Shown here in pieces: positions 35,600 through 40,218 of a stretch of DNA of 40,218 nucleotides. How positions within the stretch are numbered: position 1 is the first letter of the stretch; each line of letters begins with the position of its first letter. The stretch is from Seison nebaliae (taxonomy: Eukaryota): contig JALJEE010001544.1 in NCBI GenBank assembly GCA_023231475.1, positions 124,001 through 164,218 on the forward strand, read 5' to 3'. The translations under genes and the position numbers were made by a program. The notes below the pieces were generated by a model that worked only from the letters and a program-made list of their open reading frames with translations, had not been told where the DNA came from and did not search any database.

Positions 35600-35800
35600 A
35601 ATCTCTGATTTTACAATTCCATTAGAAATAAAACATAATCGATATATTTCCTTCAAATTCCTCTAACAGGACAGGAAAAAGATTTTTTTTGCTTTTCATA
35701 CGTTGAAAGCTTTGCATTTCGAATTTTTCTTTGGAATTAAGAGAAAAATTCAATTGATAAAATTTCAATTAAATTTTCTGATTTCAAATTTGAAGCTTCT

Positions 35801-35814
35801 GTTGTCATGGTAAC
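35801..35814. promoter_or_regulatory. RFX X-box immediately upstream of LRRC9
   Basis: GTTGTCATGGTAAC, ending 23 nt before the ATG at 35838. Confidence 0.85.
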
Positions 35815-35837
35815 CTTCGGGTGAAGAATTAGATACA

Positions 35838-38800
35838 ATGCCTGAGATGATTAATGTTAAGGAGCAAGAAGAATTAGATGAAATAGTTAATCGAATTTAA
35901 TAACAATAATAAATTTGCCCAATCTTTATTATAATATAAATTTTAGTGTTCCTCTCAAGGATTTGTTAGGAAAGATGCGAAATTGGGAGGTAATTCTGAG
36001 TTGTCGCTCGAACTATTCTTCTGTAACATTAAAACTGTACGAACGATTGCTTTTAACTTCCAAAACTTGACATCTCTAAAAATCATTGGTTCCGCTATCT
36101 CCTCTCTGGAACATATCGGCAAATTGGAGAAGTTACAGGATTTGTGGTTATGTGAAAGTGAAATTGAAGTTTATAAAATTTATTTTTCTTGAAAATAATT
36201 TGTGAAAAGGATGTCAGTCATCTGAGTGAACTGGTGAATTTGAGGAAATTATATTTATATCAAAATTCCATTGAATCCATTTATTATTTGACGAATTTGG
36301 TGAATCTCGAAGTTTTATGGTTAGCCGAAAATCTCCTAACAACAACAACAGTTAACTGATTTATCAATTTCTAAAATATCAATAATTTTCCCATAGAATT
36401 TTAATCGAATGCCAAAATTGAAGGAATTGAATTTGGCAGCAAATCAAATTTCATATATCTGTTACTTCTTTTTTTCTATAATTGATTTTTTTGGAAATAT
36501 TCATTTGAAGCAAAAGAATTATGTTTGTGTAAAAATTTGAAATATTTAAATTTGGCTGGAAACAGTTTGAAATCGTTCAAAGTTTCGTTTATAGTTCATT
36601 CATTGAATAAATTTTAATTTTATTTAAAGAATACAGAATGGTTGAAATTGTTGCATAATTTGAAAGAATTATATTTCTACGACCATCAATATGGTGGCAA
36701 TCCATTAACGGAACAATCGAATTATATAATTTATGTGTTGAAATATTTTCCCAATATTCAGAAATTGGATCAATTCGACTTGAAGAATTTTGGTTTGTTG
36801 AAGAAATTGATCAGTTCGATGATTGTTAAGAAGAAGAATTTCTATGAAATGAAATCTCTCACTTTCCGTAATTTATCGTTGAGACGGATAAGTGCATTGA
36901 ATGAAATGTTGAATTTCTATCGGAATGGAACTCATCAACAAATCAAAAAATTCCATCTCTCATTATCATCATTCTGTCGAGAATATCAAGTTGATTCTTT
37001 TATTTTCTTAATTTCTAATATAATTGATGAAGAATTTGAATGAAACGAAAATGAATGAACGAGAAAATGACTCGATTTATTCGGATACAGATCTTCGATT
37101 TGACGTTCAACGAACATATGAAATGGGTAAAGGAAGATTAAATTATTGGAATGATCGATTATTGATGATTGATAAAATTAATCGACATCTCATTTCTAAA
37201 ATTCATCAGTTGGATGAATTACATCTGAATTTGTTGAAAAGTGAATATGAACATATTGGATTGATTACAATAAATGAATGTCATCACAATGAAGTGACTT
37301 TTAAAGCAGCGAACGATTTATTACAAACAAGATTTGTTATCAACGAGAAGTTTTTTGAAGAGAAAAATATTATTGGAATAAAATTGAAAAAATGTTATCA
37401 GATATCGAATTCGATGTTAAATCGAGAATTCCAATTAAACGTTTATAATTATTTGGAGAATTATCATCAATTAATTAAAGATAATAAAATGAAAGTTCAT
37501 TCAGAAATTACGAAAACTTTATTGAATTTCTTCGACACTTATAATTATAATACGAACAATGAGAAGGAGTTAAAAGAAGAAGAGAATGGAAAAATTAATC
37601 TACCGAAATTCGATTATTCTTTCTACTCATTTCGACCAAGACGAATCATCATGATTTTCATGAATTATTTCCACATTCTCCATAATCTTCTCGTGATCAC
37701 TAGAAGAGAAACGGATTTGAATCATACAAGAATTGTCAATGATGATTATTCAGATATTCGTCAATTCCTCCATCCCAATATCGATTATTCGGATATCAAT
37801 GAGAATATCAGAAAGTTTGGTAGTCTCTTTCTCAATGAAGAACGGAAACAATCCATTAATAATATCATCGAAGTTACAATGGAGAATTATCGGTTGAAAA
37901 CAATCTTAAATTTTACTGTTACCAATGATATGAATGACACAATCGGAAATCGTATACATTTACATATTTCCAATAATATTCGACATTTATTGAAACAGAA
38001 ACTAATCGGAATCCATCAGAATTCCTTCGTTTTCATTTTGGAGAATAAACATTCGACGAATCAAATAAAGAAAATTAGTTTGCTCGATCCAATCACAGCA
38101 ATCAATAATCTCTTTAATCAGAATGGCATAACGATACCATATCAATCCAATTCATCATTCAATCCACAAAAATCATCTTCGACAGATCCACCATCGAAAA
38201 ATAATTCAAATAATAATTCTTCCGGTGACAATATGAACATTCTATTGAATAAAACTCAACGAACGAATGAAGAGAAAACGAAACATTGTCGAGAGAATCT
38301 CTTCAATTTCTTCCCACCCGAAAACGCTCTCAGTTACAATCAATTAATCTTATTAGAATTATTAGATATCGTTGAAAATGGATTTGATACTAACGACGGA
38401 ATTATGAAGAATTCTTATTGCAAGTTTTTTTTTTAAATATTTCTCAATTCTAAACAAAATTCCTTTGAAAGAATCGAAGATATTCGAAGCGAAAACTTAT
38501 CCTGTTCACCCACCTACACAACTTATCGACAATTTTGTGATTATGAGAATTATTTGAAGAAATCTTATTATCGTCATTGTATCGATCTGATGGAAAAGGA
38601 GGAAGATGTTGATTGTTAAATTTTCTCTTTGAATTCTTATAATTCCAATAAATTTAGATGTTCGTACAACAAATTCATTAATGGAAAATTTCGAAATAAC
38701 TGAAAAGTTGTTGGAGAGTCGTAAAAAATATGAAGTTTCCAATGACAATGTGAATAATCGACGTGTGGACGATTCGTTTATCATAATGACGAAAACGTTC

Positions 38801-39916
38801 AATGGAAATGTAAAGTATGTTGAAGACTCGAAATCTTTGTTAATTTTCTTCACAATGATGATTATTGATTAATCCTTCATTAATTTATCGTAGAAATAAT
38901 ACGAGATGGAAATATTCAGGATTATCGACGAAATGTTCAAAAAAATATCCGGCCGAATTTTCCGTCGCTGAACTAGTAGAATCGCATTATTTCAAATCGA
39001 ATTCATTAACTCCCGAATTCATCCTACATTATTCTTTCATTTATAAAGTTCCTTCTTTTCTAATTTAATTTTTTTAAATTAATTTTCGATGACTAATTTC
39101 AATTAGGATGATTCGATGATTAAGGCGACTGAAAATATTTTATATAAATTTGTACGATCAAATATTCTTTTCGATCAGTTATCGCATCCAAAATTCATTG
39201 AGGAGAACGAACGGTTATTTAAGGAGACAGCGTTACATGAAATGGAATTGAATTATGATTTGAATCTGGTTAAAGATATGACTTCAACTGCTATGCAATT
39301 CAATCAAGTTTTTATTTATTTTAAATTTTCGAACTAAATGATGAATTGGGAATAGAAGACAAATGTGTCCACTGCTTATAGTAGCCATATGAATGATGAA
39401 CGATTGATTAGTGTGGCAGAAGACGAGAAAATAATTCCGAAAATTAAATATGGAGATAATGACGAGATTAGTGAAGATCATCGAAATATGATAATTGATC
39501 GATTATATTCTGTTACACAACTAACGTTAATGGAGAGGAATATCGATCTGTTTTCAGCTACAACATATTTGAAGAACTTGAGATTTCTCAATCTCTCACA
39601 TAACGGTCTGAGAACGTTGAAAGGATTTGCTCATCTAGTTCCATCTAACTTTTATTCCTTCTTATAAATTTATTTTTACATAGTTACATTTGGAATATTT
39701 GAATGTGGATTATAATCGGATACAAACCATCAAGGATTTCAGAGTTTGATTTCTTCTCTTAAATTTCAATTGTTGAAATTCTTTTAGGTATGTGGAGCAT
39801 TGAATGAGTTTCATGTGGCGTACAATTGTATAAATAATTTGGAAGAAACTGTCCGTCATGCTCAAAATTTTCAGCACGTGAAGGTCATTGATCTTCGTTA
39901 CAACGAATTCTATTTG
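35838..39916 (+). CDS. LRRC9: Leucine-rich repeat-containing protein 9 (cilia-associated), many short introns; probably incomplete at the 3' end
   Basis: LELFF...FQNLTSLKII...LQDLWLCESEIE|...LRKLYLYQNSI...LEVLWLAEN...LKELNLAANQI...LNLAGNSLKSFK|...LKELYFYDHQYGGNPL...NYIIYVL follows the LRRC9 N-terminus. Second LRR block LRFLNLSHNGL...LEYLNVDYNRI...IDLRYNEF. Confidence 0.8.
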
Positions 39917-40054
39917 GTTAGTTGATTTACGGATGATGAAGTGAGATCGTGTGACTCTCACAATGTTTACAAAAACTCATTGTTTACACTTATCTCCCTT
40001 ATATTCCCGTCGAATAGTCGACTCATCATCAAAAAAAATTTTATTTGAAAAATT

Positions 40055-40218
40055 ATGAAGTTGTTAATTGTTCTCGCATTGGTGGCCACTTCATTGGCAA
40101 GTCCATTGATTAATAAAGATTTGGACAAGACATGGAACGAATATAAAGAGAAATATAACAAGAAATTCGATTCAAATGATTCAGAGATGATGAGACGTAT
40201 TGTGTTCGAGAGTAACTT
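40055..40218 (+). CDS. Cathepsin L-like papain-family protease, signal peptide plus I29 propeptide (runs off the window)
   Basis: MKLLIVLALVATSLASPLINKDLDKTWNEYKEKYNKKFDSNDSEMMRRIVFESN: W..YK..YNK.F and the start of the ERFNIN motif. Confidence 0.85.
   Translation, partial: MKLLIVLALVATSLASPLINKDLDKTWNEYKEKYNKKFDSNDSEMMRRIVFESN

Noticed and set aside
1..40218. Alternative genetic code or stop-codon readthrough as the cause of fragmented ORFs
   Set aside because: The stops fall inside short GT..AG introns, and conserved proteins (eIF5B, KIF3A) translate correctly in the standard code. TTG/GTG starts in the ORF track are artefacts.
1..40218. Frequent TCGA/ATCGAT words as a dispersed regulatory motif
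   Set aside because: They occur throughout exons and introns, so they look like a compositional bias (no CpG depletion); I could not quantify this.

Overview
AT-rich, gene-dense eukaryotic (metazoan) DNA read with the standard genetic code. Most introns are tiny (about 40-56 nt), so the ORF track shows only exon fragments. I spliced 16 genes by hand, in order: secreted FN2+Sushi protein (-), ankyrin/SOCS-box protein (-), PBDC1 (+), NR2E6/PNR-like nuclear receptor (+), TBC1D13 (-), KIF3A (+), unknown single-pass membrane protein (-), MADF protein (+), N/Q/S-rich coiled-coil protein (-), intronless divergent USP-like protease (-), FoxJ1-like (+), LicD/fukutin-family (-), unknown secreted protein with a T/E repeat (-), eIF5B (+), LRRC9 (+) and the start of a cathepsin L-like gene (+). 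The gene set suggests an invertebrate with motile cilia and a compacted genome; I cannot name the species. Main observations: (1) an unusual splice code, with about 39 of 44 introns starting GTT rather than GTR and frequent AAG acceptors; (2) reciprocal interleaving of the first exons of the ankyrin gene and PBDC1; (3) three cilia genes (KIF3A, FoxJ1-like, LRRC9), each preceded by an RFX X-box; (4) an NR2E6-like receptor with an apparently degenerate LBD and an eh1 motif; (5) an intronless USP-like gene; (6) a cathepsin gene possibly nested in an LRRC9 intron. No rRNA, tRNA, CRISPR array or intact transposon was seen. All gene models are manual, and homologies are from recalled family motifs rather than database searches.
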